Shown: positions 1 through 10,492, numbered from the stretch's first letter. The stretch: DNA of 64,000 nucleotides from an uncultured virus (IMG/VR IMGVR_UViG_3300023231_000362) (IMGVR_UViG_3300023231_000362), one strand, 5' to 3'. Notes: generated by a model not told the origin, from the sequence alone. Made by a program: numbers and translations.

Positions 1-1
1 A

Positions 2-411
2 GATAACAGAGTTGTTATTGCTGGTACTTCAGGTGCACTTGAAGATAGCGCAAACTTCACGTATGATGGCACTAACTTAACAGTCAATAGTGCAGTTGTT
101 AGTGATTTAACTGACAATAGAGTTGTTATTGCAGGCACAAGTGGTGCACTTGAAGATGACACAAACTTCACGTATGATGGCACTAACTTAACAGTCAATA
201 GTGCAATTGTTAGTGACTTAACAGATAACCGTGTTGTTATTGCAGGCACTTCAGGAGCACTTGAAGATAGCGCAACCTTCACGTATGATGGCACTAACTT
301 AACAGTCAATAGTGCAATTGTTAGTGACTTAACAGATAACCGTGTTGTTATTGCAGGCACTTCAGGAGCACTTGAAGATAGCGCAAACTTCACTTATGAT
401 GGTACATCACT
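2..411 (+). repeat. Coding tandem repeat, 111-bp (37-aa) unit DNRVVIAGTSGALEDSANFTYDGTNLTVNSAIVSDLT, about 3.7 copies visible
   Basis: GTTGTTATTG recurs at 11, 122, 233 and 344; units are in frame. Confidence 0.95.
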
Positions 412-2170
412 GGCAGTTACAGGTAACATTGCTATTGATAACCTTACATTAGATGGCAACGATATCACAGCATCATCAGGTGGTAAAGTTACTATTAACG
501 ATGCAGGTGCTGACATTGACTTTATAGTTGAAGGCGACTCCAACACAGGATTGTTCGTGGTAGATGCAGGTGCTGACTCAGTAAGCGTTGGTACAGCAAC
601 TCAAACAGTAGGCGCAACATTTAAAGTTGGCGCAGTGGACTCAATGGTGATTCCACTTGGATCAACTGCACAACGTCCTGGTACAGGTGTTGATGGTATG
701 TTGCGTATGAACGACTCAACAAAGAAGATGGAATACTACATTGACAGTGAGTGGAAAACTGCTGACTCTGCATTTACAGTTATTGCCAGTCAAACATTTG
801 ATGGTGATGATTCAACAGTAGCATTTACACTTAGTGAGGCACAAACAACCGCAGGTTGTGTTGTTAGTATCAACGGTGTTTTGCAGTTGCCAACAACAGC
901 ATACGGTGTTAGTTCAGCAACATTGACATTTACTGAAGCACCAGCAACAGGTGATAAGATTGAAGTTAGGAAACTAACAACCACAACAACAGTTACAGAA
1001 CTGGATATAACTGCAAACAACTCAACAGATGAGACAGTATACTTAACATTTGTTGATGGGCCGACTGGTTCTCAGGAATTTGAGTCTGACACTGGATTAA
1101 CTTATAATCCAAGTACTAACACATTAACAACCTCAGTATTCTCTGGTAATGTAACTGGTGATGTAACTGGTCAACTTACAGCACAAAACATCCGAGTTGG
1201 TGTTACAGGTGCTAACGAGATTGATACAACAAGCGGTGGATTAACAATTGATTCAGCAGGCGGAACAGTTACAGTTGATGATAACTTGATTGTTAGCGGT
1301 AACTTTACTGTAAACGGCACTACAACAACAGTAAGTACAACAAACACTGTAGTTTCAGACAACCTTATGGAATTAAACAACGGTGCGGGAAGTAACGCTA
1401 ACGACAGTGGTATTGTTATTGAGCGTGGTAGTACAGGCGATAACGCATTTATGGGTTGGGACGAGTCAGCTGATAAGTTTATTGTTGGTACAACAACAGC
1501 AACTGGTGCAAGCACAGGTGATTTAACAATTGCTACTGGAACACTTGTTGCAAACCTAGAAGGTGATGTAACTGGTGATGTAACTGGTAATGCAGATACA
1601 GCAACAACAGCAACAACAGCAACAACAGCAACAAATGTTACTGCGACTGCAAACGACGCAACAAATGAGACTGTATACGTCACATTTGTTGACGGTGTAA
1701 GTGGTGGTCAAGGTATTGAGACTGACACTGGATTAACTTATAATCCAAGTACTAACACATTAACAACCTCAGTATTCTCTGGTACTGCTACAACAGCACA
1801 ATACGCTGACTTGGCAGAGATGTACGCTAGTGATACAGAGATTGAAGCAGGTACAGTGGTACACTTTGCTGGTCACGGCAAAGTAGCAGTTTGTGATGTT
1901 GATATGTGTTCTAAAGTTGCAGGTATTGTTTCGACAGATCCTGCTCACTTGATGAACAGCGCACAGGAAGGCACACCTTTAGCATTAGCTGGTCGAGTAC
2001 CATGTAAAGTCGTTGGACCTGTTAACGCAGGTGACTTGATGGTGTCAGCAGGCGGTGGCAAAGCTAGGGCAGAAGCAAACCCAAGTTTAGGCACAGTTAT
2101 TGGTAAAGCAATTGAAGATTTCTCAGGCGAAGGGGAAGGCGTGATAGAAGTTCTAGCATTAATGATGTAA
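2..2170 (+). CDS. Tail fibre / virion structural protein, 5'-truncated by the window edge; C-terminal 'AQYADLAE...GRVPCKV...IGKA' domain typical of phage fibre C-termini
   Basis: Frame is open from base 2 and is the same frame as the listed 551..2170 ORF; T/S/G/D-rich repetitive sequence. Confidence 0.8.
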   Translation, partial: DNRVVIAGTSGALEDSANFTYDGTNLTVNSAVVSDLTDNRVVIAGTSGALEDDTNFTYDGTNLTVNSAIVSDLTDNRVVIAGTSGALEDSATFTYDGTNLTVNSAIVSDLTDNRVVIAGTSGALEDSANFTYDGTSLAVTGNIAIDNLTLDGNDITASSGGKVTINDAGADIDFIVEGDSNTGLFVVDAGADSVSVGTATQTVGATFKVGAVDSMVIPLGSTAQRPGTGVDGMLRMNDSTKKMEYYIDSEWKTADSAFTVIASQTFDGDDSTVAFTLSEAQTTAGCVVSINGVLQLPTTAYGVSSATLTFTEAPATGDKIEVRKLTTTTTVTELDITANNSTDETVYLTFVDGPTGSQEFESDTGLTYNPSTNTLTTSVFSGNVTGDVTGQLTAQNIRVGVTGANEIDTTSGGLTIDSAGGTVTVDDNLIVSGNFTVNGTTTTVSTTNTVVSDNLMELNNGAGSNANDSGIVIERGSTGDNAFMGWDESADKFIVGTTTATGASTGDLTIATGTLVANLEGDVTGDVTGNADTATTATTATTATNVTATANDATNETVYVTFVDGVSGGQGIETDTGLTYNPSTNTLTTSVFSGTATTAQYADLAEMYASDTEIEAGTVVHFAGHGKVAVCDVDMCSKVAGIVSTDPAHLMNSAQEGTPLALAGRVPCKVVGPVNAGDLMVSAGGGKARAEANPSLGTVIGKAIEDFSGEGEGVIEVLALMM
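1086..1784 (+). repeat. 63-bp exact direct repeat within the fibre gene (1086-1148 and 1722-1784)
   Basis: CTGACACTGGATTAACTTATAATCC...CAGTATTCTCTGGTA is identical at both sites. Confidence 0.9.
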
Positions 2171-2194
2171 GACTTCTAAATGTAGTGGGTAAGA

Positions 2195-2223
2195 GGGGGG
2201 ACAAATGTTCCCCCTTTTATTTT
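2195..2223 (+). terminator. Rho-independent terminator
   Basis: GGGGGGACA-AA-TGTTCCCCC followed by TTTTATTTT. Confidence 0.7.
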
Positions 2224-2261
2224 GGATAGTAAATACATGTAACTTTCAAGAGACTAATAAT

Positions 2262-3116
2262 ATGGGATTAACAAGACCTAAGGCGTCGCAGATTAATTTT
2301 GACCTAACAAATATCAGCGACCCTGTAATACGACTAAATTCAGACAAAACAGGCGCCAACGACACAGACGTTGGTTTTATATTTGAGCGTGGATCAACAG
2401 GTGATAATGCCGTTTTTGTATGGGACGAGAGTGCAGGTAGTTTTGTTGTGGGGACTACTACAGCAACAGGCACAAGCACAGGTAATTTAACAATTACTAC
2501 TGGAACACTTGTTGCAAATCTAGAAGGTAATGTGACTGGTAATGCAGATACAGCAACAACAGCAACAAATGTTACTGCAACTGCAAACAACGCAACAGAT
2601 GAGACTGTATACGTCACATTTGTTGATGCGCAAACTGGTTCTCAGGAAATAGAAACTGATGTTGGATTGTATTACAATCCAAGTACTAACACGTTAACAA
2701 CCTCAGTATTCGATGGTACATCAACGTCAGCTCAGTACGCTGACTTGGCTGAGCTCTATGTATCTGATGTTCAGTATGAACCAGGAACAGTTTTAATATT
2801 TGGTGGAGAACATGAAGTTACCTTAAGCAAAAGTCCAAAAAGTAATAAGGTAGCAGGGGTTGTATCTACTGCACCGGGTATTCTTATGAACAAAGACTGC
2901 GTTGGAGACTACGTAGTCGTATTAGCATTAGCTGGTCGAGTACCATGTAAAGTAAAAGGTAAAGTTACTAAAGGTAGTATGATGGTTACCAGCAACATCG
3001 AAGGCGTTGCTGTAGCAAACAACAATCCTGCTATAGGAACAGTAATAGGAAAAGCACTGGAAGAGTACAACTCTGACGAAGTTGGTGTGATTGAGGTTGT
3101 AGTGGGTAGACTCTAA
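2262..3116 (+). CDS. Short tail-fibre-like protein, paralog of the C-terminal half of the upstream gene
   Basis: Shares ERGSTGDNA..WDESA, TATANxxTxETVYVTFVD, AQYADLAE and LAGRVPCKV blocks; start moved to ATG 2262 downstream of TAAATA at 2230. Confidence 0.8.
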   Translation: MGLTRPKASQINFDLTNISDPVIRLNSDKTGANDTDVGFIFERGSTGDNAVFVWDESAGSFVVGTTTATGTSTGNLTITTGTLVANLEGNVTGNADTATTATNVTATANNATDETVYVTFVDAQTGSQEIETDVGLYYNPSTNTLTTSVFDGTSTSAQYADLAELYVSDVQYEPGTVLIFGGEHEVTLSKSPKSNKVAGVVSTAPGILMNKDCVGDYVVVLALAGRVPCKVKGKVTKGSMMVTSNIEGVAVANNNPAIGTVIGKALEEYNSDEVGVIEVVVGRL

Positions 3117-3838
3117 TGCAAAAACTCTATCGTACCAACTACGAAGGTGAGTTTGTAGTAGACGGATTTACTGTTCAAGGTGGCACACGCACTGAAAATC
3201 GAGTCTTTATACCAAACACTATAGTTAACAATGCACATACTACAAATGCGATTGTAATTGGCAACGGTATCTCTAGAGCTAAACTAAATCTTAAAAAAAT
3301 AGAAAATCATAGTGGCGGACATCTGGGTAAGCATCGTTTACAAAGTTATGGATGCAACGCAGTCTACCGGGATATGTCACCTGACTTTTTAATTAGCACT
3401 AATAATTTTATGGTAACTGAGCTTGTAAACAGCGGTTACACGAAGGATCATATAGTTTTAGCCAATGCTACAAATTGTAGGATGCATGCTGGGGAGTTAC
3501 ATCTTATCCCGTATGGCATTAACATAAGCGCAGGTGCAATGGCTACATATATGGCATGTTTTGACGGACATAAAAAAATATACCTACTTGGTTTTGATAA
3601 TCATAACGGTATAAACAACAACAACATTTATGCTGGTACAAAAAACTATCAAGATTCTTCATATCCTGCGAGAAGTCAAAAATGGGAAGGGCAAATGACT
3701 CGGTTATTCAACACTTACGACGACGTAGATTTTGTCTGGATACTAGGAGGCACAACTATTTTTCCAGAAGAATGGAAATATTGTCTTAACTTAAGACAGG
3801 CATCTCAGCGAGATCTTGTGCTAGAAGCAGACCTATAA
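3116..3838 (+). CDS. DUF115/MptE-like (Maf-type glycosyltransferase-like) protein
   Basis: IGNGxSR, YGCNAxYR and GAMAxxMAxxDGHKKIYLLGFD motifs. Confidence 0.5.
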   Translation: MQKLYRTNYEGEFVVDGFTVQGGTRTENRVFIPNTIVNNAHTTNAIVIGNGISRAKLNLKKIENHSGGHLGKHRLQSYGCNAVYRDMSPDFLISTNNFMVTELVNSGYTKDHIVLANATNCRMHAGELHLIPYGINISAGAMATYMACFDGHKKIYLLGFDNHNGINNNNIYAGTKNYQDSSYPARSQKWEGQMTRLFNTYDDVDFVWILGGTTIFPEEWKYCLNLRQASQRDLVLEADL

Positions 3839-4261
3839 TACTTGTTTTATAGTTTCTAGTTTTTCTTTAACCACATCAAAATTAAATGTTTTCCAAACAC
3901 CTGGGTGTAACGGCTTAGGATGATCTTCTATGTGTACCCAACAATACCCTTTGTGTTCGTGGTTTAGTATGGGCGTAAACTCAGTTGCAACGGACAGTAG
4001 TACTGTGTGATATACAAATTTTTGATTTTCGCTAGTAAACGTCTCTATGGGTATAATTTTATCATATATGATCTTTTGACCCAATTCTTCTTCGCACTCA
4101 CGCTCTAGTGCCTGTACTGTAGACTCACCGCTCTCAAATTTGCCACCAGGAAGACCCCACGTGTTGCCGTAACTGCACTTATCTCTTAACAAGAATAAGT
4201 ATCTTCCAGTATTATTTGATCTTACTAATGCACCACAACTGTTTATATTGCGAGGCTCCAA
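3833..4261 (-). CDS. NUDIX hydrolase
   Basis: Nudix box GGKFESGESTVQALERECEEELG. Confidence 0.92.
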   Translation of the reverse strand: MEPRNINSCGALVRSNNTGRYLFLLRDKCSYGNTWGLPGGKFESGESTVQALERECEEELGQKIIYDKIIPIETFTSENQKFVYHTVLLSVATEFTPILNHEHKGYCWVHIEDHPKPLHPGVWKTFNFDVVKEKLETIKQVL

Positions 4262-5655
4262 AAGCCCTCCTTGTATTGACCTTCATAAGACCTAACCCAC
4301 GTTGAGCCAGTCCACTTAAATTGATAATTCGTATTTAGGTTGCTTACATAATGTATGCCTGCTTCGGTGCTTGCGTCAAAACTAACAGACCAACGACTGC
4401 CATCGTATTCAATAATATCATTTTTCCCAGCAATTGGATCGTCAGTACTGCTGTCTGGCTCTAGGCCTTTCCAGGCATCTGCACCGTCAAAATTGTTGGC
4501 ATCACCTATAGCATTAATAAGCAAATATCTAGTACCTGCGGTAGGAGCACTTAAGACACTGTTTGGTCCTACTCTTTCCGGATCTATAATTGCGTTTACG
4601 GGATTAATGTCATTTGTTGGCACTGTATCCTCATCTATTGTGACCAGCAACAAACTTTCATCTGTGGGGTGTAATGCTACTGTGCCCACAACTTCGGACC
4701 CGTTTTCGTCAGTTTCAAGTCTAATTTGACTGATTCCGGCCCTTAACTCTCCAAAAAGGTTAATAAAACTAGGCCAATCAGTCCTAGTGCCTACTTTAGT
4801 TACAGTAGTGTCTCCTATACTGCTAGTGGCTTCTGTAACGGTGTCTTCTAACTTCAGTAACTGCGCCTGCCCGTTGAGGTATAATACCCCATAGTTTTGA
4901 GGAGAGATTCTTTTTCGTGTTATTAAGTTGCCAACATCTTGAAATAAACTAGGATCAAATTCACCTTGCATATCCCATATACCAGTGGCAATCCGTTCAA
5001 TAACACCAAGTTTTTTAACTTTAGCAGGTGCGCTTATAAAGATAGGTATCTCAAATGTTAGTGTAGCATAATCAATATTATCGTCTACGCCTTGCGGTAT
5101 CGACCTATTAGTCCACAATGTATCTATTAGGTTTACAGTACTTAGACTAGTCCAGTCAACATAATTGTCTGTGCTTTGTATTTCTAAACTAGGGTTAAAC
5201 AATACCAGCATTTGTTCCAGTATCTGTAATTTTTGTTCTGTGTTACTTGTCCATATATCTGCTTTTAATGTCAGTCTATACGGTACAGGCATCATTCGCT
5301 CAATAGTAAATGCATTGCCTTGTATGTTTAAGTAACTGTCTGTATCTGGGTCGTACTTGCGTTCCCTAACTCCAATCTTACTAATAAAGTTTGGTTCTTG
5401 TACACGTTGTCTGTCGTACTGTAAGCCACTTATGTAGCAACTAATCATTGGCACATTCGACATTGTGTTTTCGCTGTTGCCACGCAGTATCTGCGAACCC
5501 TGTCTTGAAACGTCACCGTATCGTACAGGCACTCTCTGTAAAACTCTGGAATTGTTTTCGTCCTTGCCAAACTGTACTTCAAAATTTGATAAGACCCTTA
5601 TAAATTGCAATAAGAATCTACGTATTTGTTCATCATAAAAAAATGCTTGAGACAT
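4243..5655 (-). CDS. Tail completion / sheath stabiliser (T4 gp15-like) with C-terminal extension
   Basis: FFYDEQIRR, VPVRYG, PVPYRL and QILEQMLVLFNP motifs; context. Confidence 0.7.
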   Translation of the reverse strand: MSQAFFYDEQIRRFLLQFIRVLSNFEVQFGKDENNSRVLQRVPVRYGDVSRQGSQILRGNSENTMSNVPMISCYISGLQYDRQRVQEPNFISKIGVRERKYDPDTDSYLNIQGNAFTIERMMPVPYRLTLKADIWTSNTEQKLQILEQMLVLFNPSLEIQSTDNYVDWTSLSTVNLIDTLWTNRSIPQGVDDNIDYATLTFEIPIFISAPAKVKKLGVIERIATGIWDMQGEFDPSLFQDVGNLITRKRISPQNYGVLYLNGQAQLLKLEDTVTEATSSIGDTTVTKVGTRTDWPSFINLFGELRAGISQIRLETDENGSEVVGTVALHPTDESLLLVTIDEDTVPTNDINPVNAIIDPERVGPNSVLSAPTAGTRYLLINAIGDANNFDGADAWKGLEPDSSTDDPIAGKNDIIEYDGSRWSVSFDASTEAGIHYVSNLNTNYQFKWTGSTWVRSYEGQYKEGFWSLAI

Positions 5656-6863
5656 TATTCGTTATCTGCCTTAGGTGTGAGTACATCGCTGAGTCCTTGA
5701 CGCTCGTCATACGTCTTGCCGTCAATCGTTGTATATGTGTTAGCGTTATTAACAAACCCGCTACGTTGTGTTTGATTGCTTGCACCTGGTGTAAGACTTG
5801 TTCTAACATCGTCCTCAACCTTAACCCAACGTGTTCCGTCGTATCTAAACAAGCGATTTGGTTTGTAGTCTAAGCGTAGTGCAAAGTCGCCTTGCACAGG
5901 ATTTGTTGGGAATGTAGTGCCTGAGCTTACTGGGAAGCCATTTGGTGCTAATCCATCGCCAGCCAAGTACCCTTGTGTATCACGTCTTGGCGTTACACGA
6001 GTTAGGTCTGAACTGTTTACAGAATCATCACTTGCCAGACTTGTATCATCAGCAGTCTTACCTTTAGGATTAAGGGCTTTACCGTTTTCGTCAGTAGGCA
6101 CTACATAGAATCTACTGGTATCATAACCGCTTTCAGGAACTTCCGCTTCTGCCTGTGCAACAATAGCGTCATTAATTTCAATATTCTTATTGTATTGACT
6201 TAGTAAGTCTGACAGAGATGTGTCCGAACCTGTTGGATTATACTCCTCGTCAGTACTACCCTTAATCTTATTAATAATATCCTTGTATTCTTGACTGTCC
6301 ACTAGCGGTGTTACTTTACACCGCCATAAGTGACTCCACCAACTAGCACCAAAGCCTTGTGCGTCCCTAGTTGCGTCTTGTATAACATAATATCTTTTAA
6401 GCGTGGCAGGTACTTCGTCGTCAAGTGGATGATAGTCTACTAAGTTTTGAAACTCTAAGACGTCACCATTCATGAGCTTACGTCCTAGTATATTAATCAT
6501 TTGGTTATAGTGGAATGTTATGAAGACAGTATCACCCGCATTCATTAAACCAAACTGTGTTAAATCAAAGTCTTGACTTACGGGGGAGTAAACACCACGC
6601 ATATTGTAAATGCTGGTATCATACTTGCGGTCTCTGTTCTCTAAGAACAAGAAATCCTGTATGTTTTTTTCACTTTGATTAGTGTAGTTTGGTGCTGTCG
6701 CATCTGCTAGATCACCCGTTTCTCCACTAGCCGCATCTGGACCTAAATATTTGTGTACATTTATACCAACCCCACCCACCGTAAACATCTCGTTGATGTT
6801 CTGATCAAAGAATTTGTAGTCTGCGGTATGCTTACCGTCTTTCCATAAGCTAAGTCTGGGCAC
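5655..6863 (-). CDS. Neck / head-closure protein (T4 gp14-like)
   Basis: DFDLTQFGL...FITFH...GRKLMNGDVLEF; context; TAAATA and SD upstream. Confidence 0.55.
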   Translation of the reverse strand: MPRLSLWKDGKHTADYKFFDQNINEMFTVGGVGINVHKYLGPDAASGETGDLADATAPNYTNQSEKNIQDFLFLENRDRKYDTSIYNMRGVYSPVSQDFDLTQFGLMNAGDTVFITFHYNQMINILGRKLMNGDVLEFQNLVDYHPLDDEVPATLKRYYVIQDATRDAQGFGASWWSHLWRCKVTPLVDSQEYKDIINKIKGSTDEEYNPTGSDTSLSDLLSQYNKNIEINDAIVAQAEAEVPESGYDTSRFYVVPTDENGKALNPKGKTADDTSLASDDSVNSSDLTRVTPRRDTQGYLAGDGLAPNGFPVSSGTTFPTNPVQGDFALRLDYKPNRLFRYDGTRWVKVEDDVRTSLTPGASNQTQRSGFVNNANTYTTIDGKTYDERQGLSDVLTPKADNE

Positions 6864-6894
6864 TATTTTAGTCCTTATTGCTATATTTAGCTGA

Positions 6895-6923
6895 TTGACA
6901 ACTGGTCGGAATGGTTGTATAAT
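6895..6923 (+). promoter_or_regulatory. Sigma70-type early promoter
   Basis: TTGACA-17 bp-TATAAT, perfect consensus. Confidence 0.85.
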
Positions 6924-6955
6924 ATATGATAACTAATAAAAACAGTGAGGATATT

Positions 6956-8080
6956 ATGGCAAAGGCAAGATTTGAGGTACCTAAATTAAGCAAACTTAAG
7001 TTTGATGCTGACCTAATTGCTACCTGGGCACCAGAAGAACGAAAACATCAAGTTGGTAAGTTCTTAAATCATTATGGATATTCATATAGTATAAAAGAGT
7101 TAAAGAAACACATAGCGAGGTGGATGCAAAGTACACTTGAGTACGATCCAAAAGATGTTGCTAATTTAGTTTCTGGACCAGATGGTTGGTTTCCTGGTAC
7201 CTTAGGGCGTTTGGGCAAAGCCCGGTCTGATGGGTGGGTGTTTGATAAGCATGAACTTGCGTATATTAAGACTGAAATTAAACATTACCTAACAAAGTGT
7301 CTTGTTAACGCTGAGGTCTCTCCTGGTCCTGCAGTAGGCAAGACACTGCCTGAGCTCACTATTCAGGATAGAATTAAACTAAAAATTAACGAACATATCG
7401 GACACTTTGAAGAACAACAGGATTTATTAGCAACCAAGAGTAAGGTTGATCCTGAAGCATTCGCCTATTTAAAGAAAGAGAATGTGTCACAGAATATGCT
7501 TACTAGCATAGCACAACCTTTCATTGAGCGTATGATTGAATGGCAGGAAGCCAAAGCAGGTACTTGTGAGGATCTTAAAGAAGGATACAGTCACTGGCAA
7601 GCAAAGGATTACAAAAAGTACTTTGCTTTTGTTGAAGCAATACTAGCAGACATCGAAGCCTACGCTAAAACTAAAAAGGCTGTTAAGGTTAATAGGGTTA
7701 AGAAAGCACCCAACAAGCAGAAGATTGTTAGTAAAGTCAAGTATGCTAAAGACAATACACAATATAAGATTGCTAGTGTAGATCCTTTACAAATTATAGG
7801 TGCAACTGAGTTGTATGTGTTTAATGTTAAGACACGAAAACTAGGCAAGTACGTAGCTGACGAACATATGGCTACATTAAATGTTAAAGGCACAACTATT
7901 ACAGGGTTCGATACACAAACAAGTACACAAAAGACTTTACGTAAGCCTGAAAGACAGTTGCCTGACTTTATGGGATCCAGTAAAACAGCAAAGCGCAAGT
8001 TTTTACAGGGTATTAAGAGTGTAGAGATACCATGTAATGGTAGGTTAAACTCTGACACTATTCTATTACATGTACAATAA
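6956..8080 (+). CDS. Hypothetical phage protein, Lys-rich, probably early
   Basis: Long ORF with GAGGA SD downstream of a sigma70 promoter. Confidence 0.75.
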   Translation: MAKARFEVPKLSKLKFDADLIATWAPEERKHQVGKFLNHYGYSYSIKELKKHIARWMQSTLEYDPKDVANLVSGPDGWFPGTLGRLGKARSDGWVFDKHELAYIKTEIKHYLTKCLVNAEVSPGPAVGKTLPELTIQDRIKLKINEHIGHFEEQQDLLATKSKVDPEAFAYLKKENVSQNMLTSIAQPFIERMIEWQEAKAGTCEDLKEGYSHWQAKDYKKYFAFVEAILADIEAYAKTKKAVKVNRVKKAPNKQKIVSKVKYAKDNTQYKIASVDPLQIIGATELYVFNVKTRKLGKYVADEHMATLNVKGTTITGFDTQTSTQKTLRKPERQLPDFMGSSKTAKRKFLQGIKSVEIPCNGRLNSDTILLHVQ

Positions 8081-8102
8081 ATACATGTAACAGGATTATA
8101 TA

Positions 8103-8858
8103 ATGGCCACACTTATAGAAAAACGACAAGAAATAGAAGAGTACATTAACCTAAGACTAGGTGGTCAGATGGTTGATGTTGAGTTAGATAAGGAGCATTA
8201 TGACCTTGCTATTAATAGGTCACTAACGAGATATAGACAGCGAGCTGAAAATTCTCAGGAGGAAAGTCATGCTTTCCTAGCTCTAAACAAAGATCAAAAT
8301 GAGTACATACTACCTAGTGAAATACAAGAAGTACGTCAAGTGTTCAGACGTGGTATAGGTAGTACATCAGGCACAACAGCAAGCCAGTTTGAACCGTTCT
8401 CTAGCGGGTACCTTAACACATATATGTTAGTTGCTGGTAGAGTAGGTGGTTTATTAAACTATGAATTGTTTTCACAATATCAAGAATTAGCAATGAAAAT
8501 GTTTGGTGGATTTATTAACTTTACATTTGACAGAAGTACAAAAAAACTTACTATTGTGCGTAAGGTCCCACAGGGCGGCGAAGACGTGTTACTTTGGACA
8601 TATAACTTTAAACCAGATATAACTATACTCAATGACCATATGATTTTTCCCTGGGTACAAGATTATTCTTTAGCACTTGCAAAACACATGTTAGGTGAGG
8701 CAAGAGAAAAGTTTGCACAGATTGCTGGACCGCAAGGTGGCACCAGTTTAAACGGTGCAAGTTTAAAGAGCGAAGCACAAATGGAAATGCAAACACTAGA
8801 GCTTGAAATTCAGAACCAGATGACTGGCACTCAGCCAATGTGGTGGGTTACCGGCTAG
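8103..8858 (+). CDS. Neck protein (T4 gp13-like head-tail adaptor)
   Basis: LRLGGQMVDVELD, WVQDYSLALAK..LGEAREKF and GGTSLNG motifs. Confidence 0.8.
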   Translation: MATLIEKRQEIEEYINLRLGGQMVDVELDKEHYDLAINRSLTRYRQRAENSQEESHAFLALNKDQNEYILPSEIQEVRQVFRRGIGSTSGTTASQFEPFSSGYLNTYMLVAGRVGGLLNYELFSQYQELAMKMFGGFINFTFDRSTKKLTIVRKVPQGGEDVLLWTYNFKPDITILNDHMIFPWVQDYSLALAKHMLGEAREKFAQIAGPQGGTSLNGASLKSEAQMEMQTLELEIQNQMTGTQPMWWVTG

Positions 8859-8905
8859 CCTTTTGTATACTTTTGTACTATAATAACTAGATGCAAAAAT
8901 AAATT

Positions 8906-8974
8906 ATGCCTAAAATTGCCGACTTAGAAGTTACCCCAAATCCAAACGCTAGGAAATTTGTACTTATATTATGA
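8906..8974 (+). pseudogene. 22-codon N-terminal stub of an nfu/NifU-family gene ([22 protein letters not shown]); its stop overlaps the sufB start (ATGA)
   Basis: First 20 codons match the start of the 10493 ORF (19 of 20 aa identical). Confidence 0.85.
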
Positions 8975-10407
8975 ATACAGCAATTGATAACATTGTGAAT
9001 CAGCCGTACAAGGCTGGATTCCACACCGAAATCGAGACGGATTCAATGGCTCGTGGTTTGAGCGAAGATGTTATTCGAACGATATCGAGCAAGAAGAATG
9101 AGCCAGATTGGTTGTTAGAGTTTCGTCTTAATGCTTACCGTCATTGGTTGACGATGACAGAGCCAAAATGGCCAAACGTGAGATATCCAAAAATTGATTT
9201 TCAGGACATAATTTATTATTCGGCACCGAAGTCTAAGGCGACCAAGAAGTCCATGGATGAGGTCGATCCAGAGTTATTGAAAACTTTTGAGAAGCTTGGT
9301 ATTCCTATGAATGAGCGTGCGGCTTTGGCAGGCGTTGCTGTGGATGTTGTTTTTGATAGTGTTTCTGTAACGACCACCTATAAAGAAAAGTTAGCGGAAT
9401 ACGGGATCATATTTTGCTCGTTCTCGGAGGCGGTCAGAGACCATCCAGATCTGATTAAGAAGTACCTTGGCAGCGTTGTTCCTTATACCGATAATTTTTA
9501 TTCTGCATTAAATTCAGCGGTTTTTACGGACGGTTCGTTTTGTTACATCCCCAAAGGTGTGAAGTGTCCGATGGATCTGTCGACTTACTTTCGCATCAAT
9601 ACTCAGGACTCGGGTCAGTTTGAAAGGACTCTGATTGTCGCAGAAGAGGGCAGTCAGGTGTGTTACCTAGAGGGTTGCACCGCACCTCAATTTGACACGA
9701 ATCAATTGCATGCGGCGGTGGTTGAGCTCATTGCTCTTGATGATGCGGATATTAAGTATTCCACTGTGCAAAATTGGTATGCCGGAGATGAAAATGGCGT
9801 TGGTGGTATCTTTAATTTTGTGACTAAGCGAGGATTGTGCAAAGGTAAAAACTCCAAGATATCTTGGACCCAAGTGGAGACTGGATCAGCGGTGACTTGG
9901 AAATACCCCTCGTGTATTCTTCTTGGCGATAATTCGGTGGGTGAGTTTTACTCCGTAGCGCTTACTAATCACATGCAACAAGCGGACACTGGAACAAAGA
10001 TGTTCCATATTGGCAAGAATACCCGCAGCCGCATTATCAGTAAGGGTATTTCAGCGGGAAAATCTAATAATAGTTATCGTGGTTTGGTGAAGGTGTCACC
10101 TAAAGCCGATGGCGCTCGTAACTATTCTCAATGCGACTCTATGTTGATTGGCGATCTTTGTGGTGCCAATACATTCCCTTACATCGAGGTCGCCAACAAG
10201 AGCTCGATCGTAGAGCATGAGGCAAGCACATCAAAAATTGGTGAAGAGCAGATGTTTTATTTTTCGAGTCGAGGTATCGGTTCTGAAGAAGCTGTTTCTA
10301 TGATTATTAATGGATTCGTTAGAGATGTATTTATGCACTTGCCCATGGAGTTCGCGGTCGAGGCAACAAAATTACTCGGCTTAAAACTGGAAGGAAGTGT
10401 TGGATGA
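8971..10407 (+). CDS. sufB: Fe-S cluster assembly scaffold SufB
   Basis: [61 protein letters not shown] and LPMEFAVEA motifs; full length 478 aa. Confidence 0.97.
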   Translation: MNTAIDNIVNQPYKAGFHTEIETDSMARGLSEDVIRTISSKKNEPDWLLEFRLNAYRHWLTMTEPKWPNVRYPKIDFQDIIYYSAPKSKATKKSMDEVDPELLKTFEKLGIPMNERAALAGVAVDVVFDSVSVTTTYKEKLAEYGIIFCSFSEAVRDHPDLIKKYLGSVVPYTDNFYSALNSAVFTDGSFCYIPKGVKCPMDLSTYFRINTQDSGQFERTLIVAEEGSQVCYLEGCTAPQFDTNQLHAAVVELIALDDADIKYSTVQNWYAGDENGVGGIFNFVTKRGLCKGKNSKISWTQVETGSAVTWKYPSCILLGDNSVGEFYSVALTNHMQQADTGTKMFHIGKNTRSRIISKGISAGKSNNSYRGLVKVSPKADGARNYSQCDSMLIGDLCGANTFPYIEVANKSSIVEHEASTSKIGEEQMFYFSSRGIGSEEAVSMIINGFVRDVFMHLPMEFAVEATKLLGLKLEGSVG

Positions 10408-10481
10408 TTATAAAGAATGCAGAAACGATCCTAAGTGTACATAACCTCGTCGCTAGTATTGATGGCACTCAAAAAACTTAA
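10404..10481 (+). pseudogene. sufC: 25-codon N-terminal remnant of sufC ([25 protein letters not shown])
   Basis: ATGA overlap with the sufB stop; resembles SufC N-termini (IL-S-V-x-N-L-x-A-x-I/V-D-G) but ends before the Walker A motif. Confidence 0.7.
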
Positions 10482-10492
10482 GTAAAAAAATT

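Noticed and set aside
2..411. Regular repeats as a CRISPR array
   Set aside because: Units are 111 bp, in-frame coding, with no unique spacers and no cas genes
1086..2953. Repeat pairs as DGR template and variable repeats
   Set aside because: Copies are identical or differ at non-adenine positions; no reverse transcriptase in the window
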